Shown: piece after piece, positions 27,443 to 36,657 of the stretch | How the letters are laid out: each line of letters opens with the position of its first letter | Position numbering within the stretch: the stretch's first letter is position 1 | Virus record (IMG/VR): IMGVR_UViG_642973577_000001 | Location: 100,603-164,602 of that record | Reading direction: 5' to 3' (one strand) | Source: a virus | Lineage: Duplodnaviria > Caudoviricetes | DNA: 64,000 nucleotides | The notes under the pieces: generated by a model | Database searches by the model: none | What the model was told of the DNA's origin: nothing | Seen by the model: only the letters and a program-made list of their open reading frames with translations | Translations under genes and position numbers: made by a program

Positions 27443-28432
27443 ATGAAGAGAATCACCCGCGTGCTGGTCGGCCTCGGTGCCGCCCTCGCGCTCACCTTCG
27501 GCCTCACGGCCTGTGACGAGGACGCCGCGCTGGCCGTCCCGCAGAGCTTCTGCGGGTTCATCCAGGGCAAGGGCGGTCTCGACAACAACGACAACCCGAA
27601 CAGCGCCGAACTCAAGCAGGTCCTGTACCCCGGTCAGACCGCCGAGTTCAAGACCGATCAGTCCATCGGCAAGGTCTTCCCGTGTGTGACCCGCAACTAC
27701 GTGATCGCCCCGCAGGGCCAGTCGGCGGACACCAACAACCCGCTGCGGGCCATGACCGAGGGTGTCGACGGCAAGCCGGGGACGCCGGTCTACGTGTGGG
27801 TGTCGGTGTACTGGCAGCCCAATCAGCAGCCTGAGCCGATCCGCGACTTCATCGGCTTCGCCGAGGGCAAGTACGGCGCGGCGGCGGGAGACCCGCGTGC
27901 GTTCACCGGAGACGGTGCGCAGAACGCCTCGACTCCGGGCTGGAACAAGATGCTGGCCGAGAACATGTACCCGACTCTGCAGCGCATCGTGGAGCAGCCG
28001 CTGCGGTCGGTCGGTGACGCGGTGTGGCAGGTCAACGACCCGGCGCTGCGAGAGACCATCTCCGCCGAGATGAGCGACCGGTTCGCCGAGACCTTCCAGC
28101 AGACCACCGGGTCGGTCAACGACCTGATCTGCGGCTCCGGCTCGACCGGGACCGGCGACCAGTTCAACTGCGAGCCGGTGCGCATCGTGGTGGACCTGGT
28201 GACCGCCCAGAACCAGCAGACGCAGGAGGCCGCAGCGCAGAACGCCGCCCAGGCCAACCAGAACAAGCTGCGGGAGGACACCAAGCAGGCCGACATCGAC
28301 CTGACCAACCAGCTCTACGGTCCGGTCCTCGGTGCTCAGTTCCGGGCGTGCCGCGACATGAACGCCGCATCGGCGGGCAGCTGCAAGCTGTTCCCCGGCG
28401 CTGACGTCCAGGTGCAGGCACCTGGCCAGTAG
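27443..28432 (+). CDS. lipoprotein, possibly SPFH/band-7-like
   Basis: LTAC lipobox, AAGGAG SD, C-terminal coiled coil; family call tentative. Confidence 0.7.
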   Translation: MKRITRVLVGLGAALALTFGLTACDEDAALAVPQSFCGFIQGKGGLDNNDNPNSAELKQVLYPGQTAEFKTDQSIGKVFPCVTRNYVIAPQGQSADTNNPLRAMTEGVDGKPGTPVYVWVSVYWQPNQQPEPIRDFIGFAEGKYGAAAGDPRAFTGDGAQNASTPGWNKMLAENMYPTLQRIVEQPLRSVGDAVWQVNDPALRETISAEMSDRFAETFQQTTGSVNDLICGSGSTGTGDQFNCEPVRIVVDLVTAQNQQTQEAAAQNAAQANQNKLREDTKQADIDLTNQLYGPVLGAQFRACRDMNAASAGSCKLFPGADVQVQAPGQ

Positions 28433-28444
28433 ACCCGCGCCAGG

Positions 28445-28477
28445 CACCGGGTGGTCCTCGTGACCACCCGGTGTTTT
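28445..28477 (+). terminator. intrinsic terminator
   Basis: CACCGGGTGGTC/GACCACCCGGTG 12-bp stem followed by TTTT. Confidence 0.85.
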
Positions 28478-28510
28478 GGGTCTCGACAGCCCTGAATGGG
28501 TAGGAGGACG

Positions 28511-28657
28511 ATGATGTTCAGCGAGCACCCGCCGCTAAGTCCCGCGTGGATCGAAGTGTTCCACATGCGGCAAGAACGCCTCGCCCGAGAGGAAGCAGCA
28601 AGGAATGACCTCAGTAGTGGACTTCCTGGTAGACAAGCGCCTGTCCAGGGCGGTTAG
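28511..28657 (+). CDS. small hypothetical protein (48 aa)
   Basis: AGGAGG SD before ATGATG; MMFSEHPPLSPAWIEVFH... Confidence 0.5.
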   Translation: MMFSEHPPLSPAWIEVFHMRQERLAREEAARNDLSSGLPGRQAPVQGG

Positions 28658-28964
28658 CTGGTTCGACGTCGGCGGCGCGCTGGGCGCGTTCGCCATCATC
28701 GCCGTCTGGGTCTCGTCCCAGTTCAGCGACGTCGTACTGTATGGCCTGCTGTTGTGGGTCGTGCTGCACGGGTTCATCACCACGCAGGTGATCAGCAAGC
28801 GCCGCAGCCGTAGGGCTTCGGCGGACGAAGTAGTAGGGGCGTACCGCGAGCTGCGGCAGTCCCATCAGTATCCAAGTGGATCGGAGAACACCCATGGCCG
28901 AAGTGCCAACCCCCAGCCCGTCGACACCGGACGGCGGCGGACGCCAGATCGCGCTACTGCCTGA
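28605..28964 (+). CDS. two-TM membrane protein
   Basis: Two hydrophobic helices. Confidence 0.65.
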   Translation: MTSVVDFLVDKRLSRAVSWFDVGGALGAFAIIAVWVSSQFSDVVLYGLLLWVVLHGFITTQVISKRRSRRASADEVVGAYRELRQSHQYPSGSENTHGRSANPQPVDTGRRRTPDRATA

Positions 28965-29871
28965 CGGCTTCATCTATGAGGTGATGCTGGCCGAGGACAT
29001 CAACGCCGAGGACACGCACTGGGAGCCTCGCTACGTGGACGCCAACGCCGCGCTGGCGCACGTGGACGGCACTGTGGCCTTCTACCGGGTCATCGACAAC
29101 ATCTGGTGGCCGGTGGCTACCTTCCCGAGCGGCTGGTACGGCCCGTACCGCCCCGTGGTGCGCGAGGACGAGGACGTCATCGACCTCGACAGCCCGATCG
29201 ACGAGAAGTCCTACGTGCCCGAGACCGCGTTCCCGGACCAGGCGTTCGACGAGGACCTCCCCCACGAGCTGGCTGGCCAGTTCACCGACGACCCCGTGGA
29301 CGACGGTGGCACTCAGGCCGAGGCCGAGGCCCTCACGGCAGCCGTGAACGCTCCGCCGGTCCTGGGCTACCTGCGCCCGCCGGAGGTCGATCCCGAGGCC
29401 GTCAAGGCGGCATTCGCCGACGCCGAGAAGACCGGCCTGCCGGAGTTCATGACGCTGGAGGAGTTCCAGGCCCAGTTCCCGACCGCCACCGCGATCCAGG
29501 AGCAGATCAAGGCCGAGGAGCCACCCCAGGACACCCACGTGACCAACCCGCCCATCAGCGGCGAGGAGGCCATGGAGCCGGGTGAGTACTTCCACAAGAA
29601 GATCAAGGACATCTGGGCTGGCCAGGGCGACGACAGCCGCGACCACTTCACCCACCTCGACGAGGACGGGATGTGGAAGACCGACGCCGAGAGCCGCGAG
29701 AAGGATCTGGCCAAGCTGCGCGAGGAGATCGACCAGGAGAGCGAGGCCCTGCGCCAGGCCGACCCCAAGCTGCAGGCCGAGCACGCCCGCCTCAAGGCCG
29801 AGGCCACCCGTCCGAGCACCCTGCGCGAGCGCATGGAGGCCATTCAGACCGAGGTGAACCGGACCGACTAA
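28894..29871 (+). CDS. acidic hypothetical protein
   Basis: GGAGA SD; strong codon bias. Confidence 0.8.
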   Translation: MAEVPTPSPSTPDGGGRQIALLPDGFIYEVMLAEDINAEDTHWEPRYVDANAALAHVDGTVAFYRVIDNIWWPVATFPSGWYGPYRPVVREDEDVIDLDSPIDEKSYVPETAFPDQAFDEDLPHELAGQFTDDPVDDGGTQAEAEALTAAVNAPPVLGYLRPPEVDPEAVKAAFADAEKTGLPEFMTLEEFQAQFPTATAIQEQIKAEEPPQDTHVTNPPISGEEAMEPGEYFHKKIKDIWAGQGDDSRDHFTHLDEDGMWKTDAESREKDLAKLREEIDQESEALRQADPKLQAEHARLKAEATRPSTLRERMEAIQTEVNRTD

Positions 29872-29901
29872 ACCCTGTAGCGATCCTGTAGAATGTGTCA
29901 A

Positions 29902-30396
29902 ATGGAATACATCAAGCAGGACCCCAAGGGACCCATCGGTGAAGAGATCTGCAGCAGCGTCTACGGCGCGACCTACTGCGAGGCCTCCGGCGACACCATC
30001 CGCACTCTCGTGGTGGCGGAGGTGGACCACGCGGTAGTCACGTGGGCCGAGCGCCCGCGTGTGTGGCAGTACTGGTACCAGGAGCACGAGGTCTGGCATC
30101 ACGGCGGCGACTTCCCCAGCGCGGCCAAGGCGAAGGCCAAGGGCGAGGAGCGCAAGGCCGAGCACGTCGTGGTGGCTGAGGCCCGCACGTTCGACCCGGA
30201 CTCGACGGTCGCCGTGGAGGCCAACTGGCAGAACCCGTACAGTGGCTCCAAGCCGATCAAGGTGCTGTGCTCCAGCCCGAAGACGGCGGAGGACATCGCG
30301 GTGATCTTCAAGCGTCTGGGCTGCTCAACGGCCACTCGCGAGGCCCGCCCGGACGAGATCGAAAACGGGGTTGCGGAAGCCCTACAGACCACGTAA
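29902..30396 (+). CDS. hypothetical protein, probably leaderless
   Basis: TAGAAT -10 separated from ATG 29902 by 7 nt. Confidence 0.75.
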   Translation: MEYIKQDPKGPIGEEICSSVYGATYCEASGDTIRTLVVAEVDHAVVTWAERPRVWQYWYQEHEVWHHGGDFPSAAKAKAKGEERKAEHVVVAEARTFDPDSTVAVEANWQNPYSGSKPIKVLCSSPKTAEDIAVIFKRLGCSTATREARPDEIENGVAEALQTT

Positions 30397-30406
30397 AGTT
30401 TTCGTC

Positions 30407-30496
30407 AGAACACCCACGGGCCGGATGCACAGTCGGTTATCCCCTGTTGCTGAAACTGGTTCAATCCCGGCATGCGACTCAATGCCCGTGGGTTCT
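30407..30496 (+). ncRNA. short Y-like RNA (RNA1)
   Basis: Terminal stem ACCCACGGG/CCCGTGGGT; shares GGGCCGRA, GTCGGTTATCC and AATCCCGGCA with RNA2; upstream of Ro60. Confidence 0.7.
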
Positions 30497-30524
30497 AACG
30501 CTTATAACTAAACATGCTTTTGAA

Positions 30525-30664
30525 GTGAGGCGGGCCGAACGCGACGTCGGTTATCCTATGCGGAAGGAGCGGACCTGGTTCGATTCCAGGCGCGGGCACC
30601 ACAAGCCCGTGGAGTGTGATGGAAGCACGCTAAATCCCGGCAAGCACCTTTATGACCGCCTCAC
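30525..30664 (+). ncRNA. yrlA: YrlA-type Y RNA with tRNA-like domain (RNA2)
   Basis: Terminal stem GTGAGGCGG/CCGCCTCAC, GCCGAA Ro motif, T arm CCTGG-TTCGATT-CCAGG, closed acceptor stem CGCGGGC-ACCACAA-GCCCGTG, D arm. Confidence 0.88.
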
Positions 30665-30703
30665 CTACCACCCACGAGTTTCCTAGTGAGAAGGAGGGCC
30701 ACC

Positions 30704-32365
30704 ATGCCCCGTAATGACGCCCTGTCGTCGATCCGCACCCGTCCCGCACCGGCACGCAAGCCCGCCGTCGCGAAGACCGATCAGCGCCGCCCTGCGGTGA
30801 AGGATCAGGTCCGCAACGCCGCAGGTGGCTACGTGTTCAGCGTCGGTGACGAGGCCCGCCTCCACCGGTTCCTGACCCTGGGCACCGAGGCTGGCACGTT
30901 CTACACGGGCAAGCGCGAGCTGACCAAGGAGAACGCCGCCGTCGTGCTGCGTGCTGCCGAGCAGGCTCCGCTGACCCTGGTCCGCGCCATCGTCGATGTC
31001 TCGACCAAGGGCCGTGCCGCCAAGCAGGACTACGCCATCTTCGCGCTGGCCGTGGCTTCGGCCTCGCCCGACGTCGAGGGACGGCGTGCCGCGCTCAAGG
31101 CGCTGCCGGAGGTCTGCCGTACGGCGACCACGCTGTTCAAGTTCCTCGGCTACGCGGAGCAGTTCCGTGGCTGGGGTCGCACCATGCGCCGCGCTGTCGG
31201 TGCCTGGTACGACGGCAAGGACGCCGAGCAGCTCGCGATCCAGCTGGTGAAGTACCGCCAGCGTGAGGGCTGGACCCACAACGACGCTCTGCGGCTGGCT
31301 CACACCAGCGGCACGAACGACGCCCACCGGGTCCTGTACAACTACCTCGCGGGTCGTACGACCAAGGACCGCAACGGCAAGCGCATCCGCGCTGCCCTGC
31401 CCGAGGTCGTGCTGGCGTTCGAGGCCCTGCAGCGGGTCGAGAACGTGCGTCAGGTGGTCGAGCTGACCAAGGTCGACGGCATCACCTGGGAGATGATCCC
31501 CGATCGGTGGATCAACCACGCTGAGGTGTGGGAGACGCTGATCAACCGGGGTCTGCCCATCGGTGCCATGATCCGCCAGCTGCCGCGTATCACCCGTCTG
31601 GGCCTGGCAACGGGCGCAACCGGTCGGACGCTCGCGGCACAGCTGCAGGACGCGGAGCGGCTCCGCAAGGGCCGTATCCACCCGCTGCAGCTGCTGGTGG
31701 CGCAGAAGACCTACGCCTCGGGCCGGTCGGAGCGCGGTGACAGCACGTGGACCCCTGCGGGCATGATCACCGACGCGCTGGACGCCGGGTTCTACGCATC
31801 GTTCGGTGCGGTGACCCCGGCCAACAAGACCACGATCGTGGGTATCGACTGCTCGGGTTCGATGGGCAGCTCGTGGAGCTACGGAGGCGGCACCAAGGTG
31901 TCGGGTATCCCGCAGCTCACCTGCATCGAGGCCTGCGCGGTGATCGCCATGGTGACCGGAGCCACCGAGCCTGACACGGGCTACATCGGCTTCGACACCC
32001 GTGCGTGGTCGCTGGACGTCTCGCCACGGCGTCGGCTGGATGACAACGTGAAGTACCTGCGGTCGCAGATCAAGGGTGGAACGGACGTCAGCCAGCCGAT
32101 CCAGATGGCCATCGCCAAGGGCATCCGGGCCGACACGTTCGTGATCCTCACCGACGGTGAGACCTGGGCTGGACGTAACCACCCGTTCCAGGCCATGGAG
32201 CTGTACCGTCGGCGGGTCAACCCGAACGCCCGCCTGGTCGTCTGCGCGATGACCGCTACCGGAACCTCGGTGGTGGCACCGTTCGACGAGCTGTCGCTCG
32301 ACGTCAGCGGCATGGATCTGGCAGTTCCGCAGATCATCAGCGACTTCTCCGCAGGTCGCATCTAG
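30704..32365 (+). CDS. rsr: Ro60/Rsr TROVE-domain RNA-binding protein
   Basis: NAAGGYVF..., RLHRFLTLGTEAGTFY, KYRQREGWTH.D.LRLAH, RIHP, vWA GIDCSGSM. Confidence 0.95.
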   Translation: MPRNDALSSIRTRPAPARKPAVAKTDQRRPAVKDQVRNAAGGYVFSVGDEARLHRFLTLGTEAGTFYTGKRELTKENAAVVLRAAEQAPLTLVRAIVDVSTKGRAAKQDYAIFALAVASASPDVEGRRAALKALPEVCRTATTLFKFLGYAEQFRGWGRTMRRAVGAWYDGKDAEQLAIQLVKYRQREGWTHNDALRLAHTSGTNDAHRVLYNYLAGRTTKDRNGKRIRAALPEVVLAFEALQRVENVRQVVELTKVDGITWEMIPDRWINHAEVWETLINRGLPIGAMIRQLPRITRLGLATGATGRTLAAQLQDAERLRKGRIHPLQLLVAQKTYASGRSERGDSTWTPAGMITDALDAGFYASFGAVTPANKTTIVGIDCSGSMGSSWSYGGGTKVSGIPQLTCIEACAVIAMVTGATEPDTGYIGFDTRAWSLDVSPRRRLDDNVKYLRSQIKGGTDVSQPIQMAIAKGIRADTFVILTDGETWAGRNHPFQAMELYRRRVNPNARLVVCAMTATGTSVVAPFDELSLDVSGMDLAVPQIISDFSAGRI

Positions 32366-32376
32366 TAGATCGGCTC

Positions 32377-32412
32377 GACCGGCGGGGTGATTCGTCCCCC
32401 GCCGGTCTTGTC
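32377..32412 (+). terminator. intrinsic terminator after rsr
   Basis: GACCGGCGGGG/CCCCGCCGGTC stem followed by TTGT. Confidence 0.75.
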
Positions 32413-32493
32413 GTCTCTAGAACAAAAAGGCCCTCTGACCGGGTGTGATATACTGGTGCCGCACCAGTTCTACCCACCCACCCAGGAGGCACC

Positions 32494-32793
32494 GTGAACA
32501 AGAAGCGCAAGTACAAGTCCGACACCAAGGTCGAGTTCCTGCACGAGGTCGAGATCAAGAGCGGGTCCAAGACCTACAAGCTGGTCAAGGGCATGGCCGT
32601 CTCGGTCAACCGCAAGCCGGGTCTGCTGCCTGGCAAGTACGAGTTCCTCTACGCCGAGGAGTCCAAGGACGGCACGCTGGTGCTGACCGTGGAGGGCAAG
32701 CTGAGCCAGGCCTGGGAGGACCGCCGTCGGCGCACCATCCGGGTCGAGGACATCAAGCAGGTCCACATCAAGACTCGTCCTTCTACCGACTAG
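32494..32793 (+). CDS. basic hypothetical protein
   Basis: AGGAGG SD; upstream TGnTATACT promoter. Confidence 0.8.
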   Translation: MNKKRKYKSDTKVEFLHEVEIKSGSKTYKLVKGMAVSVNRKPGLLPGKYEFLYAEESKDGTLVLTVEGKLSQAWEDRRRRTIRVEDIKQVHIKTRPSTD

Positions 32794-32811
32794 ACACGAT
32801 CTGTTCTAGCG

Positions 32812-32826
32812 TGCTAGACTAATAGC
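32812..32826 (+). promoter_or_regulatory. extended -10 promoter, leaderless
   Basis: TGC-TAGACT-N6-ATG. Confidence 0.7.
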
Positions 32827-33441
32827 ATGAGCCGCACCGCCACCGAGAATCAGATCCGCCTCATCCGCACCATCATGGGCGAGCGCGAGATGGAAGGGCA
32901 CCAGATCGAGCGCCTGGAGAACCGCCTCAACGACGGCCTCCCGATCGACCTGGTGAACGACACCATCGCGTGGCTCAAGGCCCGTCCGCAGCGCGGCCAG
33001 CTTGTCGCCGCCCAGGAGCGCCCCCGCCCGACCGAGCCGGGGTTCTACCTGGTCGACCAGAAGGTCTTCAAGCTCGTCATGAGCCGCGAGGGCCGTCTGT
33101 ACGCCAAGCAGACCACCGCCCGTGGCCTGGAGTACGTCCCCGGCGCGATGGCCCGCATCTTCGCCGACCAGAAGCTCTCCCCGGCGCAGATCGCCGAGCA
33201 GGGCCTGGAGCAGGGCTTCTGCATCGTGTGCTCCTCGGAGTTCGAGGACCCGACCAGCAAGCACATCGGCATCGGGCCGACCTGCGGCAAGAACGAGCTG
33301 GGTGCCGAGGCCTACAAGGCTCTGCGCCTGTCGGTGGCCGACAAGCCCGACGTCATCGCCTTCGAGGCGGCGAAGAAGGCAGCGGCCAAGGAGCGCCGCG
33401 AGGCCAAGAAGCGCGAGGAGGCGCAGCTGGCCCTCGTCTAG
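32827..33441 (+). CDS. DUF6011-like zinc-finger protein
   Basis: CIVC...EDPTS..IGIGPTC. Confidence 0.75.
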   Translation: MSRTATENQIRLIRTIMGEREMEGHQIERLENRLNDGLPIDLVNDTIAWLKARPQRGQLVAAQERPRPTEPGFYLVDQKVFKLVMSREGRLYAKQTTARGLEYVPGAMARIFADQKLSPAQIAEQGLEQGFCIVCSSEFEDPTSKHIGIGPTCGKNELGAEAYKALRLSVADKPDVIAFEAAKKAAAKERREAKKREEAQLALV

Positions 33442-33449
33442 CCCGATCG

Positions 33450-33487
33450 GAAGCCCCCGGACACCAGTCCGGGGGTTTCTGCATTTC
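33450..33487 (+). terminator. intrinsic terminator
   Basis: GAAGCCCCCGGAC/GTCCGGGGGTTTC stem with T-rich tail. Confidence 0.85.
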
Positions 33488-33511
33488 AGGTTGTGCTTTC
33501 CTTCTAGTAGC

Positions 33512-33526
33512 TGCTATACTTAATGC
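33512..33526 (+). promoter_or_regulatory. extended -10 promoter, leaderless
   Basis: TGC-TATACT-N6-ATG. Confidence 0.7.
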
Positions 33527-33997
33527 ATGCCCACCACCCACATGACCCCCGCCCAGGCCCGCCGCGAGACCCAGGCCCTGCTTGACGCGCACGGCCTGAC
33601 CGGCTGGAAGATCACCTTCGGCACCGCCCGCACCCGCAACGGCTCGTGCTGCTACCGCACCCGCACGATCAACCTCTCGCGCACGCTGATGGCGTTCCGC
33701 TCGTACGACGAGACCATGGACACCATCCGCCACGAGGTCGCCCACGCGCTGACCCCCGGCCACAAGCACGACCGCGTGTGGGCCGCGAAGTGCCGCGAGC
33801 TGGGCGGCAACGGCCAGCGGTGCAACGGCATCGCCGACGAGGCCAAGCGCGAGCAGCTGACCCAGCTGGCGCTGTGGGTCGGCACCTGCGAGCACGGCAA
33901 GAACTTCCCCCGCCACCGTCAGCCCAAGCGCCTGCAGGGGTGGCGCTGCCGCTGCTCGGAGGGCAGCTCGCCCGTCACCTGGCGGAAGACCCGCTAG
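33527..33997 (+). CDS. SprT-like zinc metalloprotease
   Basis: HEVAH...H..VW plus C-terminal Cys motif. Confidence 0.9.
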   Translation: MPTTHMTPAQARRETQALLDAHGLTGWKITFGTARTRNGSCCYRTRTINLSRTLMAFRSYDETMDTIRHEVAHALTPGHKHDRVWAAKCRELGGNGQRCNGIADEAKREQLTQLALWVGTCEHGKNFPRHRQPKRLQGWRCRCSEGSSPVTWRKTR

Positions 33998-34002
33998 CAC
34001 TC

Positions 34003-34034
34003 AGAAGGCCCGGAGCACTTGCTTCGGGCCTTCT
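34003..34034 (+). terminator. intrinsic terminator
   Basis: AGAAGGCCCGGAGC/GCTTCGGGCCTTCT stem. Confidence 0.8.
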
Positions 34035-34038
34035 AGCT

Positions 34039-34053
34039 TGCTAGAATAGAAAC
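34039..34053 (+). promoter_or_regulatory. extended -10 promoter, leaderless
   Basis: TGC-TAGAAT-N6-ATG. Confidence 0.7.
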
Positions 34054-34416
34054 ATGACCGCACACAACTTCTACAACCTCGACCTCGCCGACTACCCGAA
34101 GGACTTCTCGATCGGCGATCGGGTGCGCGTGCACATCGGTTCGACCCGTGGCTCCAGCGAGTCCTGGACCACCATCCTGGCCGCTCACGGTCCCGACACC
34201 TTCGTGGTCGACGGCGAGATCCTGCGTTGGGTCAACGAGAACCTGAACGGCTCGGCCTGCATCGCCAAGCGCGAGCTGATGGCCAAGGGCTGGCTGTTCG
34301 AGGTGGACGGCAAGCTCCACCTGGTCGCCCACATCGACGACCTCAAGAGCGAGGCCATGGGCCGCATGGAGTCGCACCTCTACCACATGGAGGAGGCCGC
34401 AGCGGGACTCCTGTAG
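34054..34416 (+). CDS. hypothetical protein
   Basis: Leaderless ORF with good codon bias. Confidence 0.8.
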   Translation: MTAHNFYNLDLADYPKDFSIGDRVRVHIGSTRGSSESWTTILAAHGPDTFVVDGEILRWVNENLNGSACIAKRELMAKGWLFEVDGKLHLVAHIDDLKSEAMGRMESHLYHMEEAAAGLL

Positions 34417-34452
34417 AAAATCTCTATAGGTGTGCTGTAGGGTGTAGGCAGC

Positions 34453-34599
34453 ATGAGTAAGTATTCGGAGAGGCACCGGTCCGCGCCACAGTGCGCGGTA
34501 CCGGCTTGCACAGAGACCGCCACCAAGTTGGCACGTGTGGCCGACAAGCCGGTGTGGCTGTGCGAGGCTCATGCGACAGCTGCCGGTGAGAGCAGCTAG
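34453..34599 (+). CDS. small zinc-finger protein (48 aa)
   Basis: MSKYSERH...CAVPAC...LCEAH. Confidence 0.55.
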   Translation: MSKYSERHRSAPQCAVPACTETATKLARVADKPVWLCEAHATAAGESS

Positions 34600-34624
34600 T
34601 CCCACCCAGTGAAGGAGTGGCCCA

Positions 34625-34933
34625 GTGGCCAAGCGTAGAGACAAGACCGAAGTCCCGACCATCACCCCGTACCGCCGCGCCCGTCGCGACAAGGCCCGTA
34701 CCGCCACCAAGGCGCTGCGCGTGCTGGAGGTTCTGCCCTCGATCAACGGCGAGTACTACTGGCGCTGCATCGGCGAGAACGGCGAGACGGTCTACACGTC
34801 CGAGACGTTCGTGACCAAGACCGGTGCCAAGGAGTCCGCCGCCCGCGAGCACGAGGGACGTCAGGGCCGCTACGGCTACGTCCTCAAGTGGACCGACGAG
34901 CGCAGCGGCAAGGTCCTGCGCGAGACCCTGTGA
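34625..34933 (+). CDS. DUF1508/YegP-like protein
   Basis: GEYYWR..GENGETVYTSE.F.TK.GA. Confidence 0.7.
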   Translation: MAKRRDKTEVPTITPYRRARRDKARTATKALRVLEVLPSINGEYYWRCIGENGETVYTSETFVTKTGAKESAAREHEGRQGRYGYVLKWTDERSGKVLRETL

Positions 34934-35229
34934 CCTACCCCCGAGAGCGCGGGTGGGTTCGGCGCAAGAAGAAGCGCCGGGGCTGCGTGGACAACGCCTG
35001 GTGCGGGTTCCGGCCTCACGAGGAGCACCAGCTCTTCGGCGATCGGCACCGTGAGTCGCATCTGGGTGACATCTGGGTGTGCCCGCAGTGCAAGACGGTG
35101 TGGGTGGCCGTGCTTCGGCCCTCCCTGTTCGAGTCCTGGGTTCCGATCCCTCACCCGGCGCTCAAGTGGAAGCGCATGTGCGAGTGGCGAGCGAAGAGGT
35201 GGCGTCAGAAGTGGGAGGCCCAGCAGTGA
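34930..35229 (+). CDS. Cys/Trp-rich hypothetical protein
   Basis: GTGA overlap; WVCPQC. Confidence 0.65.
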   Translation: MTYPRERGWVRRKKKRRGCVDNAWCGFRPHEEHQLFGDRHRESHLGDIWVCPQCKTVWVAVLRPSLFESWVPIPHPALKWKRMCEWRAKRWRQKWEAQQ

Positions 35230-36650
35230 CCGGACGCATCGGCATCGGCGTCACCACCCACAACCGGCCTGAGGTCCTGGCCCGCTGCCTGCAGTACATC
35301 GAGAAGTACCGCCCGCACGGCTCCTACCTCGCGGTGGTCGACGACGCCAGCGATCCCTACAAGCCGACTCCCTTCCGGGCCGACGGCTACAGCTTCCACT
35401 TCGACGAGAACGTCGGCGTGGCGCGGGCGAAGAACAAGTGCATCGAGCTGCTCATGGACGCGGGCTGCGAGCACCTGTTCCTGTTCGACGATGATTGCTG
35501 GCCCAACGACTGGTCCTGGTTCGGTCGGTACACCGAGGCCGGTGAGCCGCACCTGATGTACCTGTTCAAGGACCTGGACCCTCGGCGCAACGGCGAGAAG
35601 CTCGACACCCCGGCCACCACCTGGAGCAACGGCAAGGTCTACGCCCAGCACTGGCCACGTGGCTGCATGATCTACCTGCACCGTTCGGTCGTCGAGCGCG
35701 TCGGCGGCATGCGGCCTGAGTTCGGGCGATGGGGTCACGAGCACGTCGAGTACTCCTGGCGCATCCACAGCGCGGGCCTGACCACGGCACCGTTCATGGA
35801 CGTCGTGCACAGCGGCGAGGTCATCTACTCCATGGACGAGCACATCTACGACCAGCACGACGTGCCGTTCGAGCGCACGGTGCCCTACGCCCAGCGCACC
35901 GCCCAGGTGGTCCAGAACCAGAAGACGCTGCAGCGGTTCGCCTACACCGACGACTTCGTGGAGTACCGGACGCGGGGTAACGTGGTGCTCTCGGCGCTGC
36001 TGACCACCAAGAACGATCCTCAGCGCGGCAAGCGGATGTACTCGGACTACTCGGTGATCCGGCGCTGGCGCGAGTCGATCCGGGGCGCGGAGCCGGTGGT
36101 GCTCGTCGACCAGCCGATCGGTTTCTACAACATCGACCGGCCCAAGGGCCTCACGATCGAGTCCACCCAGAGTGACTGGTTCCCATACGGCCAGCGGTGG
36201 ATCAGCTACCTGCAGTGGCTGCGCAAGAACCCCCGCGACTGGGTGTGGATCACCGACTGCACTGACGTCGAGATGCTCCAGGAGCCGTGGCCGCACATGC
36301 GCCCCGACACGCTCTATGTCGGCTACGAGCCGACGGTGCTGGGCAACATGTGGATGCTCAACAACCATCCTGGCTATGCGGACTGGATCATCGAGAACTC
36401 CGGCGCGCCGCTGTTCAACGCTGGCGTGGTCGGCGGCGACTACCAGACGGTGTTGCGGTTCGTCATCAGGATGGTCCGCGAGCTGCTGGAGAATGCCGCG
36501 TTCCACGGCGAGCCGAAGAGCGACATGGCCGCGTTCAACAAGGTCTGCCACGCCTGGCGCGAGAGCAACAACTTCGCCTACGGACCGCGCTGGACGACGC
36601 TGTTCAAGGGCGACGAGATCAACACCTGGTCCATCTGGAAGCACAAGTAG
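35226..36650 (+). CDS. two-domain glycosyltransferase (GT2 plus a second GT-A domain)
   Basis: TTHNRP, VVDDAS, GVARAKN, LFDDD; second domain WITDCTDV, FNAGVVGG, DMAAFN. Confidence 0.88.
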   Translation: MTGRIGIGVTTHNRPEVLARCLQYIEKYRPHGSYLAVVDDASDPYKPTPFRADGYSFHFDENVGVARAKNKCIELLMDAGCEHLFLFDDDCWPNDWSWFGRYTEAGEPHLMYLFKDLDPRRNGEKLDTPATTWSNGKVYAQHWPRGCMIYLHRSVVERVGGMRPEFGRWGHEHVEYSWRIHSAGLTTAPFMDVVHSGEVIYSMDEHIYDQHDVPFERTVPYAQRTAQVVQNQKTLQRFAYTDDFVEYRTRGNVVLSALLTTKNDPQRGKRMYSDYSVIRRWRESIRGAEPVVLVDQPIGFYNIDRPKGLTIESTQSDWFPYGQRWISYLQWLRKNPRDWVWITDCTDVEMLQEPWPHMRPDTLYVGYEPTVLGNMWMLNNHPGYADWIIENSGAPLFNAGVVGGDYQTVLRFVIRMVRELLENAAFHGEPKSDMAAFNKVCHAWRESNNFAYGPRWTTLFKGDEINTWSIWKHK

Positions 36651-36657
36651 GAGAGCC

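Noticed and set aside
30574-30628. A third conventional tRNA or a tmRNA
   Set aside because: The arms are in permuted order (T, acceptor, D) inside a Y RNA stem; there is no canonical anticodon arm and no tag ORF
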